Origin: Podarcis liolepis
Lineage: Eukaryota
NCBI GenBank assembly: GCA_965112155.1
Contig: OZ218103.1
DNA length: 64,000 nt
Reading direction: 5' to 3' (one strand)
Below, in pieces: positions 1 through 12,547 of the stretch. Below the pieces are notes generated by a model. It saw nothing but the letters and a program-made list of their open reading frames with translations, had not been told where the DNA came from and made no database searches. How positions within the stretch are numbered: position 1 is the first letter of the stretch; every line of letters starts with the position of its first letter. The position numbers and the translations under genes were made by a program.

Positions 1-1455
1 CAAAAGCAAGGATATTGAGGGTGCTCCACACAAATGGGCTCTACATCAAGAGTGCTCTAGCATAGCTAGTAAAGTGTGGCAACTCCCCAGTCACTTTCTG
101 TACAAGAAAAACAATAAAAGGCTTGCTCCCCTACTGCTGTGCAAAGTGCTTTGCTGACCCCATGCTCTATGGTTAGCTCTAAGGGCTAGCAAAGCACATT
201 GTGCTGCCCTCCCAAATGCCACACAGCCAGCTGGTTGCTGGGCGTTTTTGTGAAATGCTGCACAAGGGACTGACAGGTGTCATTGACCTGACATCTGATA
301 ATTTGAAAGGAGGGTTGTCCTGCCAACCTGTCAAAGGTGGCCTGTGGGGATGGGGGAGAATAGGAAACCGACCCACTGGAGCAACAGAAAACATATCTGC
401 TCCATCTTTGCAGTGGGACTGCAAGCAGGCTGTTTAAGTGGATACAAAACTGGATTGCCATTAAATACTGAAGTTGGGATTATGATACCTCTGTTGAAAA
501 TAAGTGGAAGTAAGAGAAGACAATGGGTGGTGGACATGCTCATTTTTAAATCATCGCTTTCTCCAGACAGCACTTGGTGCTGATAAATTGTTTTTTGTTT
601 TTTTTTAATTTACCATTATGAAATGTAGAGAACCAAACAGGTATGTGCAGCTGAACAGGTACAATGAGGTCTTAAATTCAGACCAGGTATTTGGGCCCCA
701 TAAATTGAACTGAACTGATCTGATTAATCTGCAGATTTACACCACCTGGGAATACTGGAAGAGGAAGCGGTGTCTATGTTGTGCTTGTGTAAGCGCAACT
801 CTGGTACCTGTTGGCTGAGCTGGTGTGATGGCATTGGATGCTCATGAACTTTCCTACTGTTTAGGGAATAGAGCTTGTCAAAATGATTGTAATCCAACTT
901 TTGAAGGAAGGAAAAGTTGCTGGTTTGACAAGGATTGCAGCACAGTCCCTTGGGATGAGAGTATGCTTGAGGGACAGGCTGGAGACTAGAAGTGCATGGA
1001 AGCTAAAGGCCCCAAAGGCAATGGGGGTGAATGAAGGAAAAAGAAATTTGGGGCAAGATAAATAATGGCTTGAGGGAAGGGAGCAAAGGAAATGAGGACA
1101 AACTAAGTTTCTTTTCTCATCCGCATTTTTAAAAAACTTTATTTCAAAACAAAATTTTATATTGTTGCTTTTAAGGAAGGGACTCTTTGGGGGGGGGAGC
1201 CACATAGATCAGTATGGCTTTGTATGCTCTGTGGAATGTCTATGTATAGATATGAGAACACAAAAGGCCACCCACAAGGCACAAGTGGGCATTTTTCAGT
1301 GCTCTGCTCTGAAAAGTGAGGACCCAAGGAAACGATGTGTAATAGAGACGTGGAGTTGAAAGGGAGCCATTTTGATTTGAATTAATCAGCCACTTTGCAA
1401 GCTTCTCATTGCAATACATTGAAATACCACACAAACAGATCACAAAGACACTCAC

Positions 1456-1612
1456 CCTTTTCCTCTGGCAAGGATCGCAAGTGCTCCATGGTGACCAGCT
1501 GGAAAGTGTACAATCGATGGGCTGTGGTGGGTTGCTGGGAGACCGGCGCCATCTGCCTTTGGTCACATTGGTATCAGCTCCATATAGTTGAAGAGAACTG
1601 TCTTTTTCTCCA
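1456..1612 (-). CDS. C8B: Complement C8 beta chain, exon 2 (propeptide, furin-type RWRR site, start of TSP1 domain)
   Basis: 157-nt exon bounded by tgcAG and GTgagt. Translates (S)GEKDSSLQLYGADTNVTKGRWRRSPSNPPQPIDCTLSSWSPWSTCDPCQRKR, matching remembered human C8B ...PIDCELSSWSSWTTCDPCQKKR. Lies next to DAB1 as in mammals. Confidence 0.93.
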
Positions 1613-2236
1613 CTGCATTTTAATAGAGGGAAAGCTATTTTTTCATTAGGGCGCATGTCAATCTGTCTCCTATTTCTTAATGCCAGCACCCACCTGGGCA
1701 CCAGTTTAGAGCACTTCCCATTCACAGAAAGAGAAACGAGGTGTCCAGTTAAAGTACACAACAGTTTTGCCACTCTGCCTTGTGCAAAATTCAAGTTGCA
1801 CAACCAACTCAAGTATTGTAATTGCTGCACGAGCGAAATCCCACATAATGGAATTCTTGTGTGATTACTAAGGATGTGTGATGCAGAACTCTGCATGGAC
1901 CACTGCATGCCCATCAGCATACCACTGAGGGGCATTTATTGTTGAAAACAGTCAACATACAACCTCAGTGCCCAGTACTAATGGGTGTATAGATAGTACC
2001 CAGAGTTGATGTTGCATCTCAGCTTGAGGTGATGCCAATTGACCAAAACTCACTGAAACTCAGTAAATGGTGAGACAAAATCTAATAAGCCCAGGCTGAA
2101 TTTAACCTGCCACTTTGAAGTCCCTTCCTAGCTATTGGCTGAATTGCTACGATGTCACAGAAGCTTGATATTCAGAGCTTATTCACTGTATTGAAATAGT
2201 GGTCCTCCCTCCACCCTTCCTGCTCCCCCACAAGTA

Positions 2237-2405
2237 CCGTATTTTTTGCACCATAACACTCACTTTTTTCCTCCTAAAAAGTAAGGGGAAATGTCTGTGC
2301 GTGTTATGGAGGGAATGCCTACAGGTGGCATGCGTACGGATTTTCCTCCTCTAAAAACTACGTGCGTGTTATGGTCGGGTGCGTGTTATAGAGCGAAAAA
2401 TACGG
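2237..2405. mobile_element. Tc1/mariner-superfamily (Tc2/pogo-like) MITE
   Basis: TA|CCGTATTTTTTGC...GCGAAAAATACGG|TA terminal inverted repeats with TA target duplication. Confidence 0.85.
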
Positions 2406-2419
2406 TATATGGTTCTCAC

Positions 2420-3110
2420 TAGATTAGGTAACTGATAGGTGGATTTGTAGCTGGTTGACTGACCGAACCCAAAGAGTGCTCATTAATGGTTCCTCATCAT
2501 TCTGGAAAAAAGTGATGACAAGTAGGGTGCTACAGGGTTCTTTCTGTCCTGGGCAGGGGTGCTGACATGGAACCCAGGTTATGGGTACCCAGTGGAGCCC
2601 ATGACATAACGTGCCATCATGACATATTGATGACACGTTGTGTCGGTGGCTCAGCGGCACTTCTGAGGCCTCGCAGGGTCTCAGAGGTTACATCCGAGGC
2701 CTCACAAGACCTCCGATGCGACTTCTGGTTTCGACTGGAAGTCGCATTCGGAGGCCTGGCAGGGCCTCTGACATTGCTTTTAAGACCTTGCAGAGCCTTG
2801 GAGGTCACATCTGAGGCCTCATGAGTCCTTTGATGTGACTTCTGGTTTGTACTGGAAATCGGGTTTGGAGGCCTGGCAGGGCCTCTGACCTCCTCTGGGA
2901 GGTCGTATCAGGTCTCTAGTAGAAACTGGAAGTCATGTCGGAACCCCATGTTGTGAAAGCTAAGCAAAATTAAAAATTAAAAATTGTGGGTGCCCTGGCA
3001 TCCAGGGTCCCCTAGACCTGACATCTGTGGTCCTGGGCCTATAGCTGTTCAGCATCTTTATCAACAACTTGAGGGCATGCTCATCAAATTTGCAGATGAC
3101 ATCAAACTGG
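2420..3110 (+). mobile_element. Degenerate CR1 LINE reverse-transcriptase fragment, split by an insertion
   Basis: Remnants of QRVLING...GVLQGS / VLGL-LFSIFINNL...LIKFADDIKL RT motifs on both sides of 2554-3029. Confidence 0.75.
2554..3029. mobile_element. Non-autonomous DNA element (hAT-like) inserted in the CR1 fragment
   Basis: 8-bp direct repeat GTCCTGGG at 2546-2553 and 3030-3037. Begins CAGGGGTG and has internal degenerate GAGGCCT/ACTTCTGGTTT repeats. Right TIR is poorly conserved. Confidence 0.6.
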
Positions 3111-6100
3111 TATTCAGAAGTATTAATGCTTGAGACTGGAAATTGGTGGGGAGCAGTGGCTAGCCTGTGCCCTTCAAATGCTGCTGGACTACAACTCCCA
3201 CCACCCTCAGCCAGCATGGCCAGTGATTAGGGATGATGAGTATTGTAGTTTGGCAACATCATGAGGGCAACAGGTCAACCATGCCTGCCTTATAGCCTGG
3301 CTGCAGCTTGAACATGGACAATTTGTGGGAATCTTTCATGCCTTCATTCTGACATGCACATGAGACAGAGATGGGACACAGAGTAGTCACAAATGGCCGG
3401 GTTTCCATTCTGCCTCTTTAACATATGAAGGGATTTTATAGGTTTTAATCTATATGTATCAGTACAAATGGAGGAAGGTAAAACAAATGTATACACACAA
3501 CCAATTCACTTTCTGTAACTAATACAATACCTGATAGGAATCTATTCTTTTCCTTGTATATTATACAACCCATCAACGGTTTCCCACGAAACAGAGAGAA
3601 TACTTCATATTTCAATTTGACACACTGACGATTGTTACCTCCATGTAAAACATTATGAGTCAAATGTTAAGCCCTTTTTTCTCAGACAAGGCTATTAATA
3701 AAAACCTGATAAGTTTCTCTGTGTGCATGTGGTGTAAAGCCTTTGACTGCACAAATGACATGAAATAATACTAGAAAACCTCCTGATATCACCAGCAAAA
3801 AGAAATCTATTTAGTGATCCTTTTCAGGGTTGAGTATGCCTCTTCAGATGTTCTATATCAGAAACATACGGAAACAAAACATAATAATAATAATATATAG
3901 AAAAGAAGAGGCAGTAAGGATTTGCGCACTAGCTGTGCCCCCGCCACTCAATCATCCTCCATAACTTGATCTTCTGAACCTGGGAGACTCCACATGAAGT
4001 CCTAAGTGTCTCCTCCTGCATTTTAGAATTGGAGTCCTAAAAGACTGCCCTCCAAGTTATGCTTGCTAGCACACTTATCGCTGCCCTCTTCTTCCTCCTC
4101 CTCCTCCTCTGTTTTCCAGAACGACATATAACGTATTTTACTGCTAGTCTGAAAACTGTGTGGTCCACCAAGCCATATTCAGTCCCAAGGATTGTTAAGC
4201 CTGTTGTACTGCTGCCTTCTAGGGTTGGAAAAATGGGAGGGGGAGTGTCAACTGCTTGGCAGAAGGATGCAGCATTTGGCTTGGGGGGCCTGCAAATTGT
4301 GCAGTCCTGTTTTAATGAGCTCCCTTAGGACTAGGGAGGCAAGATGCGCCTGTTTCAAAGACACCTTCAAATAGGTCTCATTGTATTTTCCAAGGAATAC
4401 AAAACATGGCGGGGAGTGGCAGTGTTTTGCCATCCTTAACACACAGATCCATGAGTCTTATTTATAAATTTTTCTGGAGCAATAAGCATGCCTTGTTGTC
4501 GCAACTATTACTTCCTACAATCAATTTTCTGAAAGTCTTTGGGAATGTAATCAAACTTTAATTACAAAAGAAATTAAAATGATAATTAATTTTTCACTGG
4601 CAGTTAATAAAAGCTTCCATCCACCTTGATTATGGTGGGTTAAACACCCAGAGCAGGGTGTAAATTCTGCTTCGAGGAGTAATTTGAAAAACAACAACAA
4701 CAGCAAGCCAGAAATAGAGAACAAAGACAAGTGCTATTTTCTAGAAAGATGAAGAGAAATAAACAATGCAGAAATAATTAAGATGGGAATGCCACTGGCT
4801 TCAACAATTTCTTTTAGCAGAAGCAGGTTTGCAACAAGTAGATTTACATGACGTAAGTGTACATTTTACACCGCCATGATATATTCCAATTGCTTGCCCA
4901 GTTAAGGAAATAATTGATACTTCTCTTAATTGTACTGCTTACAACTTAATCAGGCATTGAAGGGTCTGATCGAAAGTGAAACACAATATACCTACCTGAC
5001 ATCTGCTTAACACTTTTTGTCATATTAAAATAAATGAGTGCTATTATTAATATTAGGAACAAAAAGCAGTTTAGTAGTGAGGGGTGGCTGTTCCTGGCAT
5101 AGAGTGCAATTCTGCAGAATAAGATGACAAAAGGGGTTGATGGGAGAAGAGATTATACATAATGACGGTCTGACGAAGTTACAACGGGGCAGCAGTGTAG
5201 GAGAGGTGGAGGGCTTTAAAAGTAAGGATGAAGTGCCTGAGGTTAACATGTAGGGAAACAGAATTACATGATCAAACAATAGGCGAAAAATATGAATTTA
5301 GTGTGTGTGGGTTTTTTTTTAAAAAGGGAAGATTTTGCGGAAGAGGGTGTTAGTAGGAAAGAAGTTATAGTCGTCTTCCAGATGACTTCCTGATAGGCGT
5401 AGTTGTACAGGAAAAGGCAACTCTGGGAAATGTAGTAAAGGATGCAGAGTTTGCTTGGCTGCTAGAGGAGAAGGACAGGAAGAAGTCAAAGGTGGCCCTT
5501 TAGTGGCATGCCTCTCAGAAGGGCAGGCGACAATACCTAAGAAACCCAGAGTGATATTCTTTAAGTATTACACTAGCACTGTGGAAGAACCATGTCCATG
5601 TGTTTATCCTATAGGCATCAGTGTGATATTTAAGGGCCTACAGCCACATGGACCTTTCCCACAGAATCAGCTCTAGTGTTGCAGGCCTTTAAATGTTATA
5701 TAAGAACAGTGGGATAAACTTATAAACAGCAGCACAGCTCCTGTAATGGAAGGTGAAGGATTAATGGTTGCAGACTTTCCAAGTGTCCCTGTTTTCCAGG
5801 GGCAGTCCGGGATTTGCAGAAGCTGTCCTGGTTCCAGATTTGATCCCAGAATGTCCTGGGAGAAATGCTGTAGGGTATGGAATAGGACACCCCTATTTCA
5901 TTGGATAAGTGTTGGAAGATATGTGGTTGACAGCATGGAAACAGAAGGTATCACCCATATTAAGTGGAGTATGTGAAAAAGTGGAAGTGACAAGTTGGCA
6001 TATACAATATTCACTCCCCATCCCCCAACCCCCAAATCTTAAATTTTAGACACGACTAGGCAAGACAGCCACAGGGAGAAAGATGTTACTGAATATCAGA

Positions 6101-6339
6101 GCACCATTTCACATACTTTGGAGTCTCCAAGCGATCAGGCTTGTTCAAATGCATGTCACTTTGCAACATGTTCAGTTCAATATGGTCCTCCTTTGGTAAA
6201 ACTTTGCTACTAATCCAGAAATAGCTCAAGAGGCACTTTCTATGTACTACACAAATATCAGAACAGAAGGTTACCATTAAATGTCACTATCTATCACATT
6301 ACCATACTGATATTGGTTTGAAAAACAATATTCACTTAC

Positions 6340-6431
6340 CTGGAGCAATGCAAATTTAAGAAGCTTATGCTTGCACAGATCACGAAAACTCTGGTCAGCC
6401 AAGAACAAAAGAGTATAGATGCTGCACTCAT
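6340..6431 (-). CDS. C8B: Complement C8 beta chain, coding part of exon 1 (signal peptide)
   Basis: ATG at 6431-6429. 92 nt encode MSAASILFCSWLTRVFVICASISFLNLHCS plus AG, followed by a GTAAGT donor. The phase-2 end joins exon 2 in frame (AG+T=Ser). Hydrophobic, signal-like peptide. Confidence 0.88.
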
Positions 6432-6479
6432 GTTTTAAAGTACTGTGGGAAATCTATAGCAGGTTTCTTTACTAATTCC

Positions 6480-6900
6480 GTTTGCTACTGTGTTTGAAAA
6501 CAGTGGGGCGAGCAAAGTGGATTAGTAGCTGTTTCCCAGCAGGCAAACAAAAGATAAGCTACCTTCCGACAAATTTAACAAAGTTTACTGGTTGGACAGA
6601 GCCTTCTACTGGGCTGCTGGAAAACTGTTGGAGAAATTCGGAGACATGAAGCACAGCTCAGGACCCGTTTACTGGCCTGTCTTTCATAAATCTAAGGCTG
6701 CAATCCTATAGCTAGTTATGGAGATTTAAAACTGGAATTCTGTGCACAGTAACCTTGGTGTAACATGCCTTATTGGACACACAGTGGGACTTACTACAGA
6801 GTAAGGAGGCACAGCAGGGGACTGCAACCCCTGTTAACTTCTACCTATAATTGGCTTCCCATTTGTGGATTAACATTACAATTCTTTGTATTTAATGGTG
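6480..6900 (-). promoter_or_regulatory. C8B: Putative C8B proximal promoter/5'UTR with liver-type motifs
   Basis: Directly upstream of the ATG. FOXA-like GCAAACA (6543-6549), adjacent AGATAA (GATA) and two CAAAGT HNF4-like half-sites (~6513, ~6579). Motif matches only; TSS not determined. Confidence 0.4.
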
Positions 6901-7138
6901 CTTAGTCTCAGGTAAGTATAGGATTTCACTAGTAAAGTATTTAAAATCTTAATTTAGAAAAGATTTGAATAGGAAATCATTATCGCCCTCAAAGCCCAGT
7001 TACTACTTTTCTGTTTTCATCCTGAAATAATCAATCACAATGAGTTAAAACACAGAGACTTCTTTGATTCTGGAGGAAAACTAAACCATCTGCTAAAAGT
7101 ATAGGAGATACTGGTCAAGATCGATAAATGCTTTAGGG

Positions 7139-7140
<2 letters not shown>

Positions 7141-7178
<38 letters not shown>
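7141..7178. repeat. (AC)19 microsatellite
   Basis: Direct reading. Confidence 0.97.
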
Positions 7179-7180
<2 letters not shown>

Positions 7181-7873
7181 ATTTTTAATTGTAGCTTTTT
7201 ATCTCATGGCAGCCACATTTTGAATAATACACTGCAGATCATATTCTGCAGCTATAACCACTCCCCATCAGAATAAAAACAAGGGTCATGAAAAGAAGAG
7301 CCAGTGTCTACAACTAGACACAACTGCTTACAGTCTGATGCTTGGTTAAAGAAATATTTTCACTACCCGTGATATGGATCTGGCAGTCATAAGCAGGTGG
7401 GAATTCCACAGATAACAAGGACTGTACTGATTTAATTGTAGTTGAATGCTTGTGCCAGACCTCAACCACCAGCAATTGCTTCTTTTTCCTACCAATTATA
7501 AATAGAGTCACGGGCTCCTTTAAATAATGAGTTGAGCACAATCTTATCTTCGATGGCCGTTAATACATCAAATTTCTAAGGAGGTTATGTTGATTTATGT
7601 GTAAATTCATTTGTAAGTTTTTACAAACTTTCAAGGCAGCTAACAATCTGATACAATACAACGCCATTAAAAAACCCCAGAAGAATTGATAAAACAAACC
7701 ATAAGCCAATTGGGGAAAAAAAACAACAGAAAACAAAACTGGGGGAATAACATTATATAATTCTATTTGCAGTGCTACCACTAAAAGGGCCCTGTTTTCA
7801 GACATTCTCCTTGAGGAGACCTGGAGGGCAGCTTCTACACACTTTAACTTGTTTGGCACAAATTCTTCAGGTA

Positions 7874-8115
7874 CAGTCGTACCTCGGGTTAAAGTAGCTT
7901 CGGGTTGAGCGTTTTTGGGTTGCGCTCCGTGGCAACCCGGAAGTAACAGAATGCATTACTTCCGGGTTTCGTCGCTCACGCAGACGCTCAAAATGACATC
8001 ATGTGCATGCGCAGCAAGTTGTGGCACGTGCAGACGCACAGACATGGGTTGCGTTCGCTTCAGGATGCGAACGGGGCTCCGGAACGGATCCTGTTTTCAT
8101 CCAGAGGTACCACTG
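7874..8115. mobile_element. Tigger/pogo-like MITE
   Basis: TA|CAGTCGTACCTC...GAGGTACCACTG|TA. Confidence 0.88.
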
Positions 8116-8844
8116 TATTCTAATTACTATCATGAAATCTAAAAGACATGAATTACTACAACATACATCCCTTATACATTTATAAGTCCCATTCAAACAC
8201 AAAGCTAAAAAAATAGAATTGTTTTATTGCAACATCATTTCTTTACAGCAAGCAATTTAGCAACAACCATTTAACAGAGAACTTGTGCCATATCAGCTGA
8301 CTTATTATGGGAAGTGCTCAGGAAAGCCTGAGTTCTGCCAACTGGATTCTCAGCAGATGGCCTAACCGATAACCTTTCCCCTTCATTGGTATTCAATGAA
8401 GACTAACAATTAAGAAAGATGGTTCAGGCTGTCCAAAGGTTTTGTCAGCTTCAAGTCCCATTGGTCCCATGACTAACAAAGATGTTTCTAGCAGTGGCTT
8501 GACCTTTGATGTGATCAATTTCACTGTTAATCATTAGTGCACAGATAAAATGCCATTTACTGGAAAGTTTGTGGATCACTGTTTGCACAGAAGGCAAACA
8601 GTATCACCTGAGATTATAGATACAGAAAATGTTGTATATTTTGTAAAAAGACAATGCAGAACAGAATCCGTTGACCTACAGTGAGTGTAGTTTAGAAACA
8701 ACAATAGCACTCAATTACTAAATAGGGAAATATAATTTATAATCTGTTGTTTTTCCAAAATACTTTTATTTATTGTTCTGCAGTGTTAACCAGATATATG
8801 TTAGAATGAAAATTTACACAGAAAGTTAGCAATCATATTAGATA

Positions 8845-9068
8845 CAGTGGTACCTTGGTTTGCATACGTTTTGGATTACAAATACGTCAAAGCCAGAAGT
8901 GTGTGTCCCAGTTTGCAACCTTTTTTTTATTACAACTTTTTTTTTTTTGGATTACGAACAAATTTTTTGGGAGGCCCCGTTGGTGAAAGCACACCTTGGG
9001 TTACAACTGGTTTTGGTTTACAAACGGACCTCTGGAATGGATTATGGTTGTAAACCAAGGTACCACTG
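8845..9068. mobile_element. Tigger/pogo-like MITE
   Basis: TA|CAGTGGTACCTTGGTTT...AAACCAAGGTACCACTG|TA. Confidence 0.88.
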
Positions 9069-9445
9069 TATTTTGGTTCAAATGTATCGTAAATGAGACA
9101 CCTAGCAGACATAACTGGGTACATCTTTGTACATACAAGAGTGGCAACCAGACTGTGAAGACTAATATATTATTCAGTCTTGACTCAAATTAATGGTCAG
9201 AAAAGAAAGTCTTAATATTAACTTGCATGCCAGATCACAGAACAGGTAATATCAAACTTTCAGAGATATTTGCTATAATCCAGTACAGGTTCAGCAATGC
9301 TAATTTGCTAACATCCACTGTTGTCATGCTGCCCTGAGAAGGTTGGCCACGGGTGAATGTAGTCCTCGAGTCAAAAAATGGTTAGCCACTCCTACACTAG
9401 ACCCCTGGTGGTTTATTCCATCAAGTAGTATGAAATATTCAAGCA

Positions 9446-9674
9446 CAGTGGTACCTCGTGTTACGTACCGCCCCCCCCCCTTATGAATGCTGCGGGTTAC
9501 GTGCTCTGCTAACCCGGAGGTAGATGCCCCCTTGTTGTGACCTTTGCCCTGGGATGCGAGCGGAAGTCACGCTCTGGAGGTGCCCTTAGCGAAAGCACAC
9601 TTCATGTTACGAATGGTTTCCAGTTACAAACAGACCTCCGGAATGAATTATATACGTAGCACGAGGTACCACTG
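9446..9674. mobile_element. Tigger/pogo-like MITE
   Basis: CAGTGGTACCTCGTGTTACGTA...TACGTAGCACGAGGTACCACTG|TA; left TA is mutated to CA. Confidence 0.85.
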
Positions 9675-9802
9675 TATTTGAAATTTCAGTTGCTATTAAA
9701 ATTTCTGCTGGCTTCAACCACTGGCAAAATTGCTTTGTATATTTTCATACTGACCATAAGTAAGTCATTATTCTTATTTGACATAAAGGAACTTGGATAA
9801 AG

Positions 9803-10145
9803 AAGGGGCGTGGGTGGCGCTGTGGGTTAAACCACAGAGCCTAGGACTTGCCAATCAGAATGTTGGCGGTTCAAATCCCCGCGACAGGGTGAGCTCCCGT
9901 TGCTCGGTCCCTGCTCCTGCCAGCCTAGCAGTTCGAAAGCACATCAAAGTGCAAGTAGATAAATAGGTACCTCTCCGGCGGGAAGGTAAACGGTGTTTCT
10001 GTGTGCTGCTCTGGTTAGACATGCTGGCCACATGACCCAGAAGCTGTACGCTGGCTCCCTCGGCCAATAAAGCGAGATGAGCGCCGCAACCCCAGAATCG
10101 GTCACGACTGGACCTAATGGTCAGGGGCCCCTTTACCTTTACCTT
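9803..10145 (+). mobile_element. Sauria SINE, near full length
   Basis: tRNA-like head (GGTGGCGCTGTGG A-box, GGTTCAAATCC B-box), (ACCTTT)n tail, and a perfect 13-bp TSD AACTTGGATAAAG at 9790-9802 and 10146-10158. Confidence 0.93.
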
Positions 10146-11495
10146 AACTTGGATAAAGGACTCATTCAACACCACCTAGAGATCCAGGATTGATGCATAA
10201 CTGACACTTACCGTACTAACTGTTCACCACAGTACCACATTGTCTTAATTGTTAGGAACATACTCAGTATGAACATTGTTCTTTCATAGAATCATTCCGC
10301 CAACTGTTTACAGGCTTTCCCCTCCTTTTAAAACTTTTGACTGGGGTACCCTTTTGGAAACATGAATGCACTGAAATGTTGTTGGGTCTAAGAGAGCTAT
10401 GAAATTGGATTATGGAGATAGCAATTTATAAGGAGAGATATTTTGCTGCTAATAATGCCTCAAAGAGGCATGGCTTTTGAGTACATCATTTGTTTTATTA
10501 GCTTTCTGATAAAACTTTTTGAGCTTGATAGATGGGCTGCAAGGCAAACATTTCCATGGAGATAAGACTATTTGGAACTGGGGAAAGCTAATTGCTGGAC
10601 AGTTGTTTCATTAATGAGCCTGATATCCCTTTCCTGCAGCAGAATAATTTCAAAAGGAGATAGGTAATGCTCCTGCAGGGAATTGGAAAATCTCAACAGG
10701 GTATCTTGTGTTATTTCTCACTGCCTCACAGATAAGAGAGAGGTCATATGATGTATATATTTCCGTTTATAACCAATTCTGTTTACAACCAGAGGGGGTA
10801 AAATTGCATCTTCCTGAACACACATTTATTTTAAACCTACAGGCCCCATTGAGATATAATCTCAGAATTACCTAGTTACTTCTAAGCAAGAAGAGGCAAA
10901 AATTAGAAGTAAAAATATATCAAAACTTAGGCCCAATAGGATGCCTTTGTGCTTTGCATGTTGTTTTAGGCAAGCCCAATTGTTTTTAAAACTATGGCTT
11001 GCACAGATAGCCTACCCTGGAGGTAGCCAACAGCTTGGCTGGGGCTGATGGAAGTTGTAGTCCAACAGCATCTGGAAGGCACCTGACTATCTCTGACCTA
11101 CATTGTCTCAGGACAGTGATCATCAGCAGAATTAGAGGAACAAATGAAGTTGTCTTATAGAAAGTCAGACCGTTGGCCCATCTAGGTCAATATTGTTGAC
11201 ACTGACTGACAGGTGGCTCTCTGGGGTTTCAGGCAGAATCCTATTTTATTTTTTTAAGTATATGAATGTGTCTTTACTCATTGAAAAAGGCTTGTGAACA
11301 CAGTGCAAGATCCAAGTGGAAGAACACAACATACTAGCAGTTCACCACAACCTGCAAATGTTATATTTACAAAAGTACAGTTTTATGGTATTGGGACTAT
11401 AGTCAGGAATGGACAAGTGGTCAACTTTATATTTTGTCTATCACATTCAGCCTGCAAAAGAATGAGAGCAAATAATGCTTATGATTTAAAATGTT

Positions 11496-11501
11496 TTTAT
11501 T
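11496..11501 (-). terminator. DAB1: Probable DAB1 polyadenylation signal AATAAA
   Basis: ...TGTTACAAATAAAAACATTTTAAATCAT with upstream TGTA and a U-rich downstream stretch. Other AATAAA hexamers exist (11699, 13313, 13473, 14731). Confidence 0.6.
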
Positions 11502-12396
11502 TGTAACAGTATTACATGGTGTGTTACAGAAATTAATGGAAAATTTCTAAAAATTTGTTGGTTTTTTTCTGCTGAATGCATTACACATAAAGTTAAGGGT
11601 GAAAAAAAGATGGTCAACAAATGGTTTTTCCTCTGAGGTAAAGTTAAAGTAGATCTAGAAATGTACTGCAAAAAACAGTCATTTTTATCTTTCTTTTCTT
11701 TATTAAAAAAATATGTGTCGGAATGCAGAAATCAAAATGAATAAAGGTAGAGAGTAAACATCTTTGCAACGAAGGTGCCCAGTACATTATTTGATCATAG
11801 GTTTTGTCAGACAGTTGAATGACTACGATCTATCAAAATATTTTTTTAATGACATGGTTGGAATCAAGACAGTACAGGATGGTGAGTGGGATTCCCTGGT
11901 TTAAAATTTAAAGTGACAAATTTAGTGCTAGTGAAGAGCAGGATGGGGAACGCTTGTTGACTCCCCTGAACCTATTATGTATCTATCAAATGGTACAGTG
12001 TAGGCTCCGATATTTCTCTTCTAGGCTATGGCAAAAAATGAATCTTCTGATGGTGGAACAGGGTAGCTATGGAGTCTCTTGTTTCAACCCCACCCCACCC
12101 CCCCAAAAAACCCACAACCAAATGTTTACATGGAGCAAATTTCTTTGTGAGTTCTGATTTTGATATCCAAACTCGATTCTCTTTTATAGCTACTGTGTAG
12201 TATTGGTTACATAAACTTTTCCCATCCTGGGAAGGTCTTCAGAGTCGTATGGTTACAGAAATCTCCAAACTATGATGTGAACGCTTTGGTCATTAACTGA
12301 AAAGCTAATGAGACCACAACCTACTCCAAAGTTTTATGAAGAACTGCAATGTCACCTTCTTCTAATCCAATATCCCAACACAAAAATGGTAAATAG

Positions 12397-12547
12397 TAGG
12401 GTTGCCATATTTATGGAAGCAACATTCAGTATACAAAAGTTGAACTTTTTTCCGGCAATCATCCTCAATCTTGGACATTTTACCAATTTCCCGTAATTCC
12501 CCCTCAATGCTATTTTCACTGGGGAATTCCGGATGTTTGGCGACCCT
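12397..12547. mobile_element. hAT-like MITE inside the DAB1 3'UTR
   Basis: TIRs TAGGGTTGCCA...TGGCGACCCT; 8-bp TSD GTAAATAG at 12389-12396 and 12548-12555. Confidence 0.8.

Noticed and set aside
1240-1935. 231-aa ORF as a stand-alone gene
   Set aside because: Only 1456-1612 is C8B exon 2; the remainder is open intronic sequence.
9805-9880. tRNA-like A/B boxes
   Set aside because: Head of the Sauria SINE, not a tRNA gene.
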